In this document: piece after piece, positions 1 to 14,377 of the stretch | Layout: every line of letters starts with the position of its first letter | Numbering within the stretch: the first letter of the stretch is position 1 | Assembly (NCBI RefSeq): GCF_006345805.1 | Contig: NC_042998.1 | Location: forward strand, 159,092,001-159,156,000 | Source of the DNA: Octopus sinensis | Taxonomy: Eukaryota | Direction: 5' to 3' | DNA length: 64,000 bases | Notes under the pieces: generated by a model | Seen by the model: the letters and a program-made list of their open reading frames with translations, nothing else | Databases searched by the model: none | Told to the model about the DNA's origin: nothing | Program-made: the position numbers and the translations under genes

Positions 1-17
1 TTATTATTATTATTATT

Positions 18-50
<33 letters not shown>

Positions 51-56
51 ATTATC

Positions 57-96
<40 letters not shown>

Positions 97-120
97 TAAT
101 AATAATAATAATAATAATAA
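1..120. repeat. Compound microsatellite (TTA)n(GTT)n switching to (AAT)n
   Basis: Read directly from the sequence. Confidence 0.95.
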
Positions 121-639
121 TACATCTACTGGAATAGTTCTTTTAAAGCCAAATATCCATAAAATCCGAACGATTATTGTTATATGAAATATAGTTTCTT
201 CTGTGCCCTATATTTCAATATGTAATGTGCAAAAAATCGAAACCTACATCAGGAACTCTAGGAAAAGTCACTAAACACACTTTATGTACGTAAATTATGT
301 ACACATCTGTTTGTGCATTTTAATATTCATAAACTACATAAATAATGTTTATGCACGCGCACACGCGCAAACACACAAACATGCATACACACACATACAC
401 GCACACAAACCCACACACACGTATTACAAGGCGAAACTATGCAAAAACAAAATGATTTTCCACGAACGAACCCATATGGAATAAATAATCACTAAGCAGT
501 TATGCCCGGAGATGAATTTATCAAAACAATTTTTAAAAAATAAAACTACTCGTGGACTTCGATCTATAGGCCACATGCAATTACGATTAGAAAAATATAT
601 CATCTATTGAAAGAACTCGAAAGTGGTGTTCTGTTAAAA

Positions 640-3600
640 TGCTAACTCTAAACAGGCAAACCGTCTCCTATTGTCAACGCTAATGTTTTAAAAGCAAGCC
701 AAAACTCGTACCGGATCGGTCATCACCCGTGCCAACAACAGGCGCATTACCCAGTGGGGAACCAGACTGGGGTCAAAAAGTCTGCTATTTGAACAAACTT
801 TCAAAATGACGATCTACCAGGTAACCAGAACCAGGATAATCCTTACCCTAGACCTCTAGTGACACCACCTAAAACAAACGCATGAAATGGACTAGAGAGT
901 ATTATGGAGATGTCTTGAAAGCTTTTTATACAGCCAACTAAACACCAATATAACTTCTTTGTACAAACGTACACTCTTTAGAGAATCTTAGCAGTCAACG
1001 AAGTACGAAGCTATATAAATGCAAATAAGTTAAGTGATGTACTTAGAGATATCATTAAGTACAAAAGACTAAGTGACGCTGAAACTGACCACATCAGGAA
1101 ACAAATATTTCATGGTGAGCTAAATGAAAACAACAGCCATGTAGATGAAATAGGTTTACAGAACCACAAAACCAATTGTAAGAGCAGTAAATCTCAGTAA
1201 CTATGACACTGAACAAAATTAGCGAAGAAAATAAATGTAGAAAAAGAGGAAAACATAGACCTACCTCAAGAACACCAAAATAGAAATGACGCGGAATTTG
1301 AGGGGAATAAGAGAGGAAAGATTACAGAAGCAAAAGAAGTTATATTAGAGAACCGCTATCAAATTTACAAACGGCACAAAGAACAACAACAACAGTTTGA
1401 TCTATAACGTTGCTGTTGTTGCTGAAAGACTGGTCTTAAGAAATAAGGGAAATGGCCTAACGACCTTAAATAATTTAATAAGGTAGTAACTGCTCAACTA
1501 GGTATTAAGATTACAAAGAAAATGACCTGGCATGTAAATAAACCTTTTAAATGAAAAGCAGAAATCTAAGAAATTGAATCTCTGCGGGCGGATGTATCGA
1601 TTCTCGATGAAATTGCTGGAGTAATAAATATGAAAACAAGAAAAGCTAAAAAAAATCAAACAAAATATAGCATTAAAGATATTATAGATGTAAAATCTAT
1701 AATAATCGGAAGAATGTACGCTTTCCTTGAACAGAACCCTGTCCTTCCACAAGCTTAAAAGGACCGTAAAAGAAATTTCTTTAGGTGCAAAGACCAATTG
1801 CTCATTAATAGAATGATTTTAGAAAATTGCCAGATCAAAAACAAAAACTTAAATATGACATGGATAGACTACAGAAAATCATTTGATCAGTTCCAAAATA
1901 AACTCAAGGCCCTTGAGATATATAAGATCCTTCTTACCATCTCCAAATTCTTACAAAATAGCATGACTAAATGGAACACATGTCTCTTTCTAAAACATAG
2001 TAGTGTAATGAGCCAATCCAGCAGCATCAACATCAAACGAGGTATCTTTCATGGTGGCTCTCTCTCTCTCTCTTTGACATTTTGCATGACTAATTCCACT
2101 CTCAAATGAACTGAATAACAGCGGATATGGGTACGAAATTCTTAACAATATAATAAACCATCTTTTTTTTTACTTGGATGATCTGAAGCTGTTTGCAAAT
2201 AAGGACCGAGAACCAGAAGGGCTACTAAAAACTGTTAAAGAGTTTAACAACGAAATTGGAATTTAGTCCTTGATACGTATGCTAAAGCAACTTTTGTAAG
2301 AAGCAATCTCAGACAAGCAGATTCTGTTAAATTAGATATCGACAAAACCATCAAGGAACTTGACTCACAATAAACTTATAAATACCTGAGAATAAACGAA
2401 GGGGATGGCACAATTCATGTCAGTATGAAAGAAAAAAGAAAAGAATACTATAGGAGAATAAACCTTGTACTGATAACAGGACTTAACTCTAAAGATCGCA
2501 TCGAAATCAATAACACTAGCAATTCCAGTTGTCTACTACGGTCTTAATATCATTAACTGGAATCCAACAGAATTCTAACGGATAGACAGGAAGACAAGAA
2601 AACTATTGACATCTAATAATATGCATGACTCCAAGGCAAGACGTTGACTGTCTGTTATTACCAAAAAGCACTAGTGGAGAAAGAGTGGAATGATGCAACT
2701 AGAACTCTGCTATAAAACCTCCACTATAAGAATGTACTTATCTGGATGCTGCAGCTTGCGTACGAAAATGAAAGCAACAACAATAGCATTCTATTGTCAA
2801 AGAATCTTATAAATCCGCTGCTATCAAACAAGCAAATAAAATCAAGAAGACTGCTCAAAAGAATAGACAGAATTGAGGATCGGTCCTTGCATAGACAGTA
2901 TATTCTTCGAAATCAAAATGCTGATGTAGACTTAGCAACAACCCATCAAAAGCTGGGAATTTCAGGATTGAAAGTGGAGACTGAAGGCTTCATACTAGCT
3001 GCACAAGATTAAAGCTTGTTTACCAGAATTATCAAGTTAATGTTCTTAAAACGGTGCTAGCTCAAAATGCAGATTCTGCAACACATTTGATAAAACAAAA
3101 GACCATCTCGTTCCAGACTCTCCTTTGCTAACACCAAACGAACATAAAAGTCGTCTCGACTGGTAGAACAGTATTTACATTGGAAAATATATAAGGACTA
3201 AAAAATTGACACTCTAGCTAACCAGTAAGAACATCAACTTGGGCCAGTCGTTGACAGTAAAAATGTCACCATACTCTGGGATTTTTCAGTGAACACTGAC
3301 AGAACAATCCAGGATAATTGGCCAGACATAATTATTAAGCACAGGGAAAAAAGTACTTGTAGATGTAAGTGTCCCCACTGATAGAAATGTATCTGTAAAA
3401 GAATTTGACAAGCTTATAAGGACCTGGAAATTGAAATTCAATATATGTGGCATCTAAAAGTAAAAACTGTTCCTGTTTTGTAGGGGACCTCGGTATGATA
3501 AAAAAGAAATGGCAGAAACATCTAGACAACATCCCAGGAGACTCATATCTTAAAGTAACCTAAAAGGTTGTGTAGACAAGTACCGACCACATCCTTAGAA

Positions 3601-3764
3601 AGACCCTATCAATTTATATGTTTATGATGTATTATATATCAATGTATTTCAGTGCCGCTCTCCCTACTTCCCTGCTCAAGCTTTCAGTTATATTTCAACA
3701 TCACTTAACTTTCAGTTTGCCCAGGGTGCTGAATTTGTCCCGACAAGTAAAGGGGCTTCTTACT
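640..3764 (+). mobile_element. Decayed near-full-length R4/Dong-like RLE non-LTR retrotransposon (element A) with internal deletion
   Basis: N-terminal MKWTRE at 882; CKDQLLINRMILEN and WIDYRKSFD (ORF 1798-2109); YLDDLK at 2171; GLKVETEGFILAAQD (2746-3012); PDIII...DVSVPTD RLE remnant at ~3320-3380; many stops and frameshifts. The 5' boundary is uncertain. Confidence 0.85.
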
Positions 3765-3948
3765 TTAAATGATTGGAAGTGTTATCATGTATAGGTTTTG
3801 TCTTGATGTAAAAGATGGGCTACAGCTAATATTCTTCTTAATACTGCAGATTTGCTTGCCAGTTGCTTGACCTTAACCAGTCCCTTGGGGACTGATGTTA
3901 TATTCATCTCTGATCACGAGCAGGGGTAGTGTGGGGAGAATCATAGCT
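3765..3948 (+). mobile_element. Partial copy of a ~520-bp non-coding AAT-associated module (copy 1), fused to the 3'UTR of element A
   Basis: Aligns by eye with ~35598-35787 and ~38714-38884 (tgattggaagtgttatcatg...ggggagaatcatagc). Confidence 0.85.
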
Positions 3949-3967
3949 ATATTTTCAGAGAGACTTC

Positions 3968-4030
3968 AACAACAACAACAACAACAATAATAATAATAAT
4001 AATAATAATAATAATTATTATTATTATTAT

Positions 4031-4075
<45 letters not shown>

Positions 4076-4080
4076 AAAAA
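3968..4080. repeat. (AAC)n(AAT)n(ATT)n(AAT)n plus poly-A spacer between elements
   Basis: Read directly from the sequence. Confidence 0.95.
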
Positions 4081-5025
4081 AGCGCACGAACAATTGGCTG
4101 ATAGGTGGGAGGAGTAACCTCTGCACCGCAAATATGTGACCCGCAGCAAACAAGCTGATGTTGACCAGAAGCAAACCCATCAGTGGCTGCGGAGCTCAGG
4201 GCTAAAAGCAGAGAGCGAAGGTTTCATCCTGGCTGCTCAAGACCAAAGCCTATCAACCCGGAACTACCAGGCCAATGTGATGAAAAATGGAGCAGACCCA
4301 AAATGCCGATTCTGCAACGACATGATTGAAACAGTGGACCACCTAATCTCTGGATGTAAAGTCTTAGCACCAGTGGAGTATAAATTAAGACATGACAGAG
4401 TTGGCCAATATCTCCACTGGCTAATAAGTCGGCATTACAATATCAAAACTGCCGACAAGTGGTATAATCACCACCCTGAGGCTGTAACTGAAGGAGAAAA
4501 TGTAACCATTCTGTGGGACTTTCCAGTACATACAGACCGAACCATCAAGGCCAATAAACCAGATATTGTTGTGAAAGACCAAAACAATAAAGTTTGCTTA
4601 TTGATCGACATGAGCATCCCCTGTGATCATAATATCTCAGCGAAAGAGTTTGACAAGCTCAGAAAATATAAAGACCTACTCATTGAAATTGAGAAAATGT
4701 GGCATCTCAAGGCGGTTACAATACCAGTGATCGTAGGAGCACTAGGAATGATCAAGAAGGGAACCGAAAATTATATGAGAATGATCCCTGGCTCACCATC
4801 CCTGCAAGAAGTGCAAAAGATTGTCTTAACTGGTACATCACACGTATTGAGAAGAGCATTGTCGATGTGAGAACTGTTGCTGCTCATGCATTTTAATTTA
4901 ACTTAAAAAAAAAAAAATGAACGAACTACTGAGTTTGGTTTAAACTATGAGTTTCTTTGCCCTAGGAGTCGGGAAGACACTCGGCAAGAAATGGAAGAAA
5001 ATTTGAAAGAAGAAGAAAAAAAAGT
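4081..5025 (+). mobile_element. 5'-truncated Dong-like element B (CCHC + RLE + 3'UTR), followed by (AAT)n
   Basis: ORF 4136-4870: CRFC..ETVDHLISGC, RHD, KPDIVVK..LLIDMSIP..KEFDKLRKYKDL; 3'UTR runs into taataataat at ~5025. Confidence 0.93.
4136..4870 (+). pseudogene. Uninterrupted C-terminal fragment of an R4/Dong ORF (zinc knuckle and PD-D-K endonuclease); no RT
   Basis: 244-codon open frame with intact PD..D..K motif. Confidence 0.9.
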
Positions 5026-5050
5026 AATAATAATAATAATAGTAATAATA

Positions 5051-7683
5051 GATTCTTCAAGGACAACAACATGTTAAAAAAAAAACCAAAAATGTTCACA
5101 GGAAGATAGGGAAAACACCAGTTACTGTAAAGTCTGTACTATCAAAAGAAGTGCAGGGATGTTGGAATAAAATTTGGGCAGAAGAAAAACACACAACGAA
5201 AAGGCCCCTTGGATTGATACAATATTTACAGAACTGGACTCCTTAGAAGAGCAAAAGTGGGAGGGTGTCAAGATAGAAGATATAAGATCTGCTCTCATGA
5301 GGTCAAGCAAATGGAAGTCTCCAGAATTTTACAATGATGTTTTGCAACACCCTAGTAGGATGCCTCCTTGGCTAGTTAATGGGTTAACATTCCTGCTTCC
5401 AAAAAGTGAAGAAACAAATGAACCAAAAAACTATAGACCCATAACCTGCTTAACAACTATGTATAAAACGCTAACACCTGTCCTGACGGAATATACCTGT
5501 AGTCTTTTAACAGACAGCAGCATATTCCCTAATGAACAGAAAGGATGTAAACGTGGATCCTATGGTTGTAAGGATCAGCTACTCATCAATAAGATGATCT
5601 TAGAAGATTGTCACAAACGACACAAAAACTTGTCTTTGACAGTAAAAAAGGCTTTTGATAGCCTACCACATAGCTGGATTAAGAAATGCCTGGAAATGTA
5701 TAAAATAGCACCTACTCTGCAAAACTTTTTGACTGTAAGTATGAGATCATGGAGACGCACACTAACTTTGAACAGTGACAATGAATCTCTAAATCCTAGT
5801 AATATAAAAATTTCATGTGGCATTTTCAAGGGTGACTCACTATCACCACTCCTCTTATGTTTAGCCTTAACACCTCTCTCAAAATTGCCCAATGACGCGC
5901 AGTACGGATATAAAATGTTTGATAAAAATATAAATCATCTCATTTACATGGATGATTTAAAGCTCTTTGCAAAAAATGACCAACAACTCATGGGTTTATA
6001 GCGATTGTTAAACAATTCAGTGATGACATCAGAATGCAATTTGGCCTCGATAAATGTGCAAAAGCTACTTTTATCAAAGGAAAAATAACAGAAACATCTA
6101 ACGTTAACCTTGACCAGCAGCATGTCATAAATGAGTTAGACCCAGCGGAGAGCTACAAGTACCTAGGGGTAATTGAAGGGGACGGAATAAGGCATTCAGT
6201 GACGAGGGAAAGGATCAGGAGAGAAAGTTATCGCAGAGTAAGAGCAATACTCGAGACAGAGCTGAATGCGAGAAACAGGATCGAAGCGACCAATGCTTTA
6301 GCCATACCAGTCGTGACTTACAGTTTCAATATCGTTAATTGGTCAATTACTGAATTATGTAATCTTGACAGAAAAATACGAAATCTGTTGACAATGCATA
6401 GAATGCACCACCCTAAGGCAGATATAGAACGACTTTATCTGCCAAGAAAAGAGGGAGGCCGTGGACTTTTACAACTGGCAATAACAATGAAGATTGCTAC
6501 AATTGGCCTAGAAACCTACCTAAAAAACTCTGATGACTGGATGTTAAAACTTCTCTCAAAACATGAAAACAAGAAAGCATCATATTCAGTAACAAAACAG
6601 GCAAAGGAATATCTAAGTGAATACCGAATACAACAAATTTCGGAATTAGACATACAAGAAACAAGCACAGAAGAAGCTAAGCGCATGAAAACCCGTGCTA
6701 AAACTGCTGCCTTAGATATTCTGAATAATAAATGTCAAGAAAAAACTCTCTATGGCAAATAGCCAAAGAGAGCTAATAGTGCAGATGTTGACAAAGCCCT
6801 GACCCATCAATGGCTAATGGCATCTGGCTTAAAATCTGAAACAGAAGGGTTTATCATAGCAGCTTATGATCAATGCCTACCAAGGAACTACCAGGCCAAC
6901 ATATTAAAGAACGGCAGTAGCCCAACATGTCGTGTATGTCAACCACAAAATGAAACCATTGATCATGTTGTCTCCAAGTGCAGTCTTCTAGCGCCTACAG
7001 AATATCTCAACAGGCATGATAGAGCTGCAGAATATATTCACTGGGTAATTTGCAAAAACCAGGATTTACTCCATGAAAAAAACTGGTGAGAACACAAACC
7101 ACCTCCAGTGCTTGAAAATGACCACATCTCACACCTCTGGAACTTCACCATTCAAACTAACAGAAAGATAGATGCAAATAGGCCAGATATCATATTGAAA
7201 GACTTCAGACAAAGAACATGCCTCCTCATTGATATGACTGTCCCAATCGATATAAACGTATCTGTCAAGACCTACCAAAAACTGAGCAAATATAAAGATC
7301 TGGAAATAGAAATCAGCAAAATGTGGAACCTGAAGACTAAAACAATACCTGTTGTCATAGGTGCCCTGGGAATGATAGCAAAATGGGCTGATTGCTACCT
7401 AGCTCAGATACTAGGAAACACCAAAATGGCAGAAATTCGAAAGATAGTGCTCATGGGAACTGCTCATATCCTATGCAAAATACTTTCTATGTAATCTCAA
7501 GTTTTAAAACAAACATAATTTTCGTATGTTTTTTAAATATTCACTAGTACAACACTAAATACAAAACCAAATATATGGCACATTAGGCATAACAACAACA
7601 TGAACTTCCAACCATTTGTCTCTTGAGGTCTCTGGGTGAGACTTGGAGCCAACTTGTACAAATGTAAAGCAAAAGTCAAACAT

Positions 7684-7685
<2 letters not shown>
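5051..7685 (+). mobile_element. 5'-truncated Dong-like element C (RT + CCHC + RLE, with stops and frameshifts)
   Basis: ORFs 5174-6001 (YRPITCL, GCKDQLLINK, KAFDS, IFKGDSLSPLL, YMDDLKLF), 6034-6762, 6817-7089 (CRVC..ETIDHVVSKC, RHD), 7108-7494 (RPDIILK..LIDMTVP); ends at (AAT)n. Confidence 0.95.

Positions 7686-7775
<90 letters not shown>
7686..7775 (+). repeat. (AAT)n array between elements C and D
   Basis: Read directly from the sequence. Confidence 0.97.
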
Positions 7776-7777
<2 letters not shown>

Positions 7778-8270
7778 CATTTTTGATGAAATTATAAATC
7801 ATCTCTTTTACATGGATGATTTAAAGATGTTTGCAAAAAATTACTGGCAACTACATAAAACAGTTTAGTGATGACATCAGAATGGAATTTGGCCTAGATA
7901 AATGCGCACAAGAGGGGGAAATGACAGAAACATTCAACGTTAAATTTGGCCAACCGACGGTTATAAGGGGCAGAGGAAGGTTACAAATACTTAGGGGTAT
8001 ATGAAGATGATGAAATTAAACATTCAATAATGAGGGAAAAGACCAAAAAAGAATGTTATCGTATGATACTCAAGAAAGAGCTAAACGCAAGAATCAGGAT
8101 CGAAGCAATTAATACTTTAGCCATACCGATCGTAACTTACAGTTTCAATATTAATAATTAGTCGATTACTGAAATCTGTAAGGTTGATAGAAAAATTCGA
8201 AAATTGTTGACCATGAATAGAATGCAGCTCCTTAAGATAGATGTAGAACGACATTACTAGCCAACTATAT
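7776..8270 (+). mobile_element. Internal RT/thumb fragment of a Dong-like element (D)
   Basis: INHLFYMDDLKMFAKN, MEFGLDKC and YKYLG remnants; homologous to ~5930-6440. Confidence 0.88.
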
Positions 8271-8286
8271 ATATATATATATTTAC

Positions 8287-8749
<463 letters not shown>

Positions 8750-9182
8750 TGTTTGCTTTTATCTTTGGTTGTAATAAAAACACATTTCTAGAGTACAAAT
8801 TATTCTTTGACAATAAGTTACTGTTAATGTTATTTTTGTTAAAGAATTCTGTGTGTGTGTGTGCGCACGCGCGTGTATGTGTGTATTTGGTTTTATGTGT
8901 GTATGTGTTTCAAATAGTGAGCATTGGTATTCATTTCCTCTTAAGCTGCCATGATACATGTCTATTACATCCATAGTATCTGTTTTAATTTCATTTAACT
9001 TACCGAAGAGAATTTCTGTAGTGTCATTGATGACTGATTAGTTGATATAGGTTATTATAATGTCATTGGGTCCTAACATTCTTGGCTTTAGCTGACAAAC
9101 AGCAAACCCATGAGAAAACAGATAAAATGTTTTTTCTATCGTTATAATATACCCGCTTTAAATAATTGTCCAATTAATATAT

Positions 9183-9246
<64 letters not shown>

Positions 9247-10199
9247 TATAAACATATACATATATATACATATATATACAAACATATGTATATAAATATA
9301 TATATATATTGGAGACATATAAGACATAAGAATATATATAGATATATATTCTTATGTCTTATGTCTCAATTTTATCTGTTCAAAATTTCATCTGCCCCTG
9401 TATGTAGACTCTGATGATACATTTTTGTCTAACCGCACTCTGTTACACGGTGAAATGAGAAAATAAATTAAAATTATATACTTGGAGAAAGTAAAAAGGA
9501 AATGCACCAAAATGAACCGAGATCAGTGACTAACTCTTTGACACCCAGTTTTCTTTTCTTTTTCACTTCGGGTGTTATCATTATGGCTTCATAAGAAATC
9601 GTTAAATAATATTATGTTTATGGCAAGAAATCCAATACAGTTAACTTGCTAAAATAAATGAGCTCAGATATAGTTGTTAGAGGAAAAAGTGAAGTTGCCG
9701 TCACAAGCTCTTCAAATGATGGGGTGAGGTAATAGCCGGTTGAAAATTGTAATGAAATTTGTGAGTTTGGTTAAGTTTTTATACCATGAAAGCCTGTCAT
9801 CTCATGGACAAAAAACTATTCCAACGGATCTTGAGAATAGCTTCTAGTAGAAGATCTCTGGTTTTGACAAACTATTAATGATTTGGTATCTTTGATTGAT
9901 TGTCCACGGTTTATCAGTAAGTGCAATATATAACTGTTCGCACAAATAGCTGAGGTAGATTGAAGGTATCTTAATATTTTGAAATATACTTTGAAAGACT
10001 TTAAACAAACTGAAGTGAATTAGTTTTCATAAACTTTCTGCTATTCGAACCTTTTTTATCGGCAGTCACAAAAGCTGAGTCAACAGCAAGTAATATAGAA
10101 AACAAAAGACGAAAACACTTGATTCAAATAAATAATGAGCCTTGGAAGATAATGCTTTGAAACATTTCCTTTAAATTATTTACGATGTTGACGCAGATG

Positions 10200-10330
10200 A
10201 TAAAAGAGAGAATTTTTAAATGATATTGCCCGTTGCAGGAACTGCAAGTACCTATAAATGATACCGAGTTATGTCCTTTTACCTTTCATTTTCTAGGGTC
10301 TTATAAAATAAGGATCGATTAAGTAACGGG
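10200..10330 (+). mobile_element. Possible hAT dimerisation-domain remnant
   Basis: atgatattgcccgttgcaggaactgcaagt = MILPVAGTAS resembles the hAT C-terminal LPV.SA.ERSFS motif; short and decayed. Confidence 0.3.
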
Positions 10331-11299
10331 TTGGACTACATCGAAATAGTTCTCTCTTACATAGTAGTAACTTTGTGTATAGATATTACTATTCTATTTT
10401 TAATATTTTATTTATGTTGCTTAATGTATTCATAAAGAACTTCCATCCCTTAACATTTCATTGTAGCGTTATTAATTATAACATTGTTTTCATTGAACCA
10501 CTTTCTCTCAAAATATTTCAAAATGTACATTTCATAATTTTGTACTCCTATTGTACAGCTAATTTTGAAGTGTTGTTTATTTTGTTTTTCAGTTTGGTTT
10601 TTTCGCAAGTGAAATTATTTTTAGGTTGCCAAAAATAATGAATATTCATTATAATTACTCTTGATGTTTTATAAATCATTCCTTTTAACAAAAGAAAAAA
10701 GTAAATGAAATACGCAATTTCATTAAAATAACTGAAAGAAACAGTTTATCTATTTAAACTGTCACAAATCTTCATCCATTTTGTGTTTTATAAGTGGCAG
10801 ACTTTAACCAATGATCTGATTTATCATAACAAACTTCACTAGCATGAATTATTTAGACATCCTAATAGTTCTTGAATAAATTATGCAAATATTTGTTCTG
10901 TTTCAATTGTTTTCCACATAGGAGTGCTATTTCAAATAGTTTAATGCTAAACATATTTGTGGATAAAAGATTTTGTAATAGTTTACTTGGAATTTTCAGA
11001 TGGTATTTTTCAAACTCATTGAAAAAAGAAAACTGCTGACTATGAAGTCAAAGAAGATGTTAAACTCTTATTTTTACGTTGTCGTTTTTATTGTAGTTGC
11101 TGTTGTCATCGTCGTTATGGTTGTTGTCGTCGCTGTCGTTATTACTGCTGCTCTTGTGTAGCCTCAAATTAGCTCTGTTCTATGTCATTGTCCGAAAAGC
11201 TTCGTACGTCTGCCTAGTTGAGAGCGACACTGTATATTTAAAATGCCGTATGCTGTTTATTACACAGAATACAATGTTGCGGTCTGGATATGTTGGACT

Positions 11300-11690
11300 T
11301 TCTCTCTTGCTTTGTCTTTATAAGTTCGAGTGGTGACTGCAGTGGATGCAGTTCAAGGTGGAGTCAATAGGAATATAATCATTTCTGTCCTTCTGGATTA
11401 ATCACTGATATTGTGTTTGGAGTTATTCACATCATTTATATTGCTGCTATTTTTATGTGTTTGTTTATTGTTTCCGTGGACTGACTGGAATTGAAAGTGC
11501 TCGTAGGATCGTGCTGTGGAGTTGTTGATATGCTTCGATTTTTTGAGGGGGTTTAACATGCATTAAAAAAGATTGTAAATAGTGGAATTTGTTGCTGCAA
11601 CAAAATTGTGCCTCTTTTTTGTTCGTGATCTATTTTAGTTATATTTGTTTCCTTGTGCATGTGAAATTAACATCGGAGTACCAATGTTAA
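11300..11690 (-). mobile_element. Probable Penelope-like element fragment; ~110 bp of it recurs at ~12560-12680
   Basis: Direct-repeat homology 11480-11590 vs 12560-12680; ttgactccac motif shared with the repeats at 33.1 and 34.4 kb. Confidence 0.45.
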
Positions 11691-11699
11691 TTTTGTGGT

Positions 11700-13875
11700 T
11701 GAACCATACTTTGCGCCCAAAGGTACCAAAATATATAAAAGTGTACCAAATTATAAATAAATATCAATGTAAAAACCTTAAACTGAGAAAAATACATTTA
11801 ACTTAACATTTTTTATTGAAAAATTACTTTAGCATGGCCATCTTATATTATAGCAATTTTCCTTCATTCTATCACGAAGCAATTGTGATGAATTTCACAA
11901 GTTGATGTCTCTGAGTAAATATTTAAATTTCACAAACGCACGTAAAGGATGGATATTTTCAAGAAGTTTTTAACTTTAAAACTGTTAAGTAAGGAGAAAA
12001 CTCTTTCAGTAGCTACCGAGGAATGAAGTATTGAAAGAGTGCTAATCATAAATTTTCAGAATGAAAAGAAACGATATTCGTCGCCACATGTTTCTTAGAA
12101 TATGTTAAACCAAAATCTATCAGGCATTTCTCTCTACACTTGGCAATTGATATTGCAATAACAATTCTCTCAATTCGGTATTAATTTCTTCATAATGTTG
12201 TCCGTAGACAATCTTGAAATTTTTGTATTTAATGGAATAGTATTTTCGGAAGGTACGCCTCAAGCAATCCTAACTTTGCAAAACAATTTACAAAATGAAA
12301 AGCGTCGGTACTTATGCTTTGAAAGGTAAACATAACAAAAGTTTTAATAATTACTCGAAATTCTGCAAGTTGATTTTGTTCGGAGAAACGTTTTATTGAA
12401 TTATCCAGAAAAATATTTTTTTGCAGTGCCGCCATAATACATATCAACTATTTAAAAACATTTTATTATCCTTTATGACCTTAAGACTGTTGCTCAGATA
12501 TATTTCTAGCTTACATCATTTGCGTTGCTACTATTTTTATGAGTTCGCTTATTGTTTCTGTGGACTGAGTTGGACGGAAAGTACCCGTGGGATCATGTTG
12601 CAGTGTTGTGAATATTCTTCGATGTTTGAAGAGGTTTCACATGCATTAGAAAAGACTGTAAATTTTGGATTTTATTGCTAAATAACGTGAAAATTTACTG
12701 CAAGATTCAGAATCCCACAAATGCATCAAATGTAAAGCCAAAGGTTTTATGAAGATACGAAGATTCCTTTTCCCGCTCTAAGAGATTTTGAACCGTGTAC
12801 ATATATTCCCCATCAAAAACTAGTGTTATCGCTGTCAAATCTTGCTGCATTTTTAAAAGTGATTTCATTATTGTTTTGAAAAGGCTTTTATAGATTCCAA
12901 TATAGTTGTGTATTTATTCCAAAAGTATTAGATATTAATCCGTTGTTCTTTGAAGATTAAAAGTATAATATATAGCTATCAGTACAGTTTGCATTAGAGT
13001 AGAAATGCCTGTTACGTACAACTCAATAATAAAAGAAACGTTTGTCATCTTCAACTTAGCAATAACATGACAAAACTGTAGGTTCCGTTGATTCTAGTAC
13101 ACTTAACATTATATTCTATTCTCTGATCTATACAAAAGTTGGCAATGAAGCTCGGTTCTAGAAGAGTAATTGGTAAACCATGTTCTGCAATAAACCCACA
13201 GAGTTTAAACACAGAAAATACCTTCTGCGCTGAGTACATATAACGAGAGAATTGGCTATGTTTCATAACATCAGTTACTTTTGAAATGTGTCTTGTAACC
13301 TTTTCATATTATTCAATTTGACTTCTAGTGCGTTCCCAATTGTGTAATTTGCAAAGAATTTTACACGAGTTGTATTTACTGACAAAATGCCAGAGAAAAA
13401 AATGTCCATTTCTACACCGTAGATTGCACTTGTCATTCAGTTGAGAACTTTTGCTTCATTTTATTTAGAATATTATCTTCATTAATGTCATTACTATCTA
13501 AACAACTGCCCATATTTTTTCTGCTCACTCACAACAATAAGAAATTACTTGAAATCACAAAACTTTCACAAAATAGTTAAGCAAGCAACGCCGCCCACAT
13601 GAATAATGTTAGATTACAACTAAAGCTAGTGTGGCCTCGTGAGCCAGAGAAATATATTACATGCTTGCATCACATTACTCAATCTTCATTTTTCTATTTT
13701 ACTACACATTATAAACTGAAAAGGTATGGATGAATATGTACTGTGTGTAGGAAAGGTCTTCGTTAAAAAATGAGCGCGAAACAAAAATATAATTTAGAAG
13801 CTTTGGGGCACAAATTCACGATTTTAACACAAAATTTGAACTAAAAATAAGAATGGACCAAATTTAGCAGCCCTG
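11700..13875 (-). mobile_element. Decayed hAT-superfamily DNA transposon
   Basis: Minus-strand remnants FKLCGFIAEHGLP...VKCTR (13051-13266) and LSILHSSVATERVFS (~11990-12040); TIR-like end CAGGGCTGCTAAATTTGG (reverse complement of 13858-13875); other end not found. Confidence 0.65.
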
Positions 13876-14315
13876 AGTATGGTATGATAAAAGAACTAAA
13901 GATTATAATAATATTCCAAGCATCTTTGAATGCATATCTCTGATACTGGTAATTTCCAATCACATATATCAAAGAACAACCATAAGTTATCCCAAAGAAA
14001 TAAACCACGCGACGAATAACTGATAACAGAGAAATCCATTTGCTACTCATTGCTTTAACATAGCTGAAATTTTCTTGATAACATATCTGTTTGAATGGTA
14101 ACTGATTCTCTTTAAACAGCGATTCAAAGTCTTCACTATATAAATAGTTCTTTAACATGCAATAGTGCTTCAATACATGGTTAGATTTAGAAAATATCAA
14201 CAATGGAAACTTTTACAACCTATTTACATTACATATCTTTGTAAAAATATACGCCTGCGCATATGTGTGAAAATATATATATATATATATACATACACAT
14301 ACATTCATCCTTGTG

Positions 14316-14377
<62 letters not shown>

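Noticed and set aside
700-800. Possible HDV-like ribozyme at the 5' end of element A
   Set aside because: Only one hairpin (acccagt/actggggt) is visible; P1, P1.1, P2, P3 and J4/2 could not be fitted by eye
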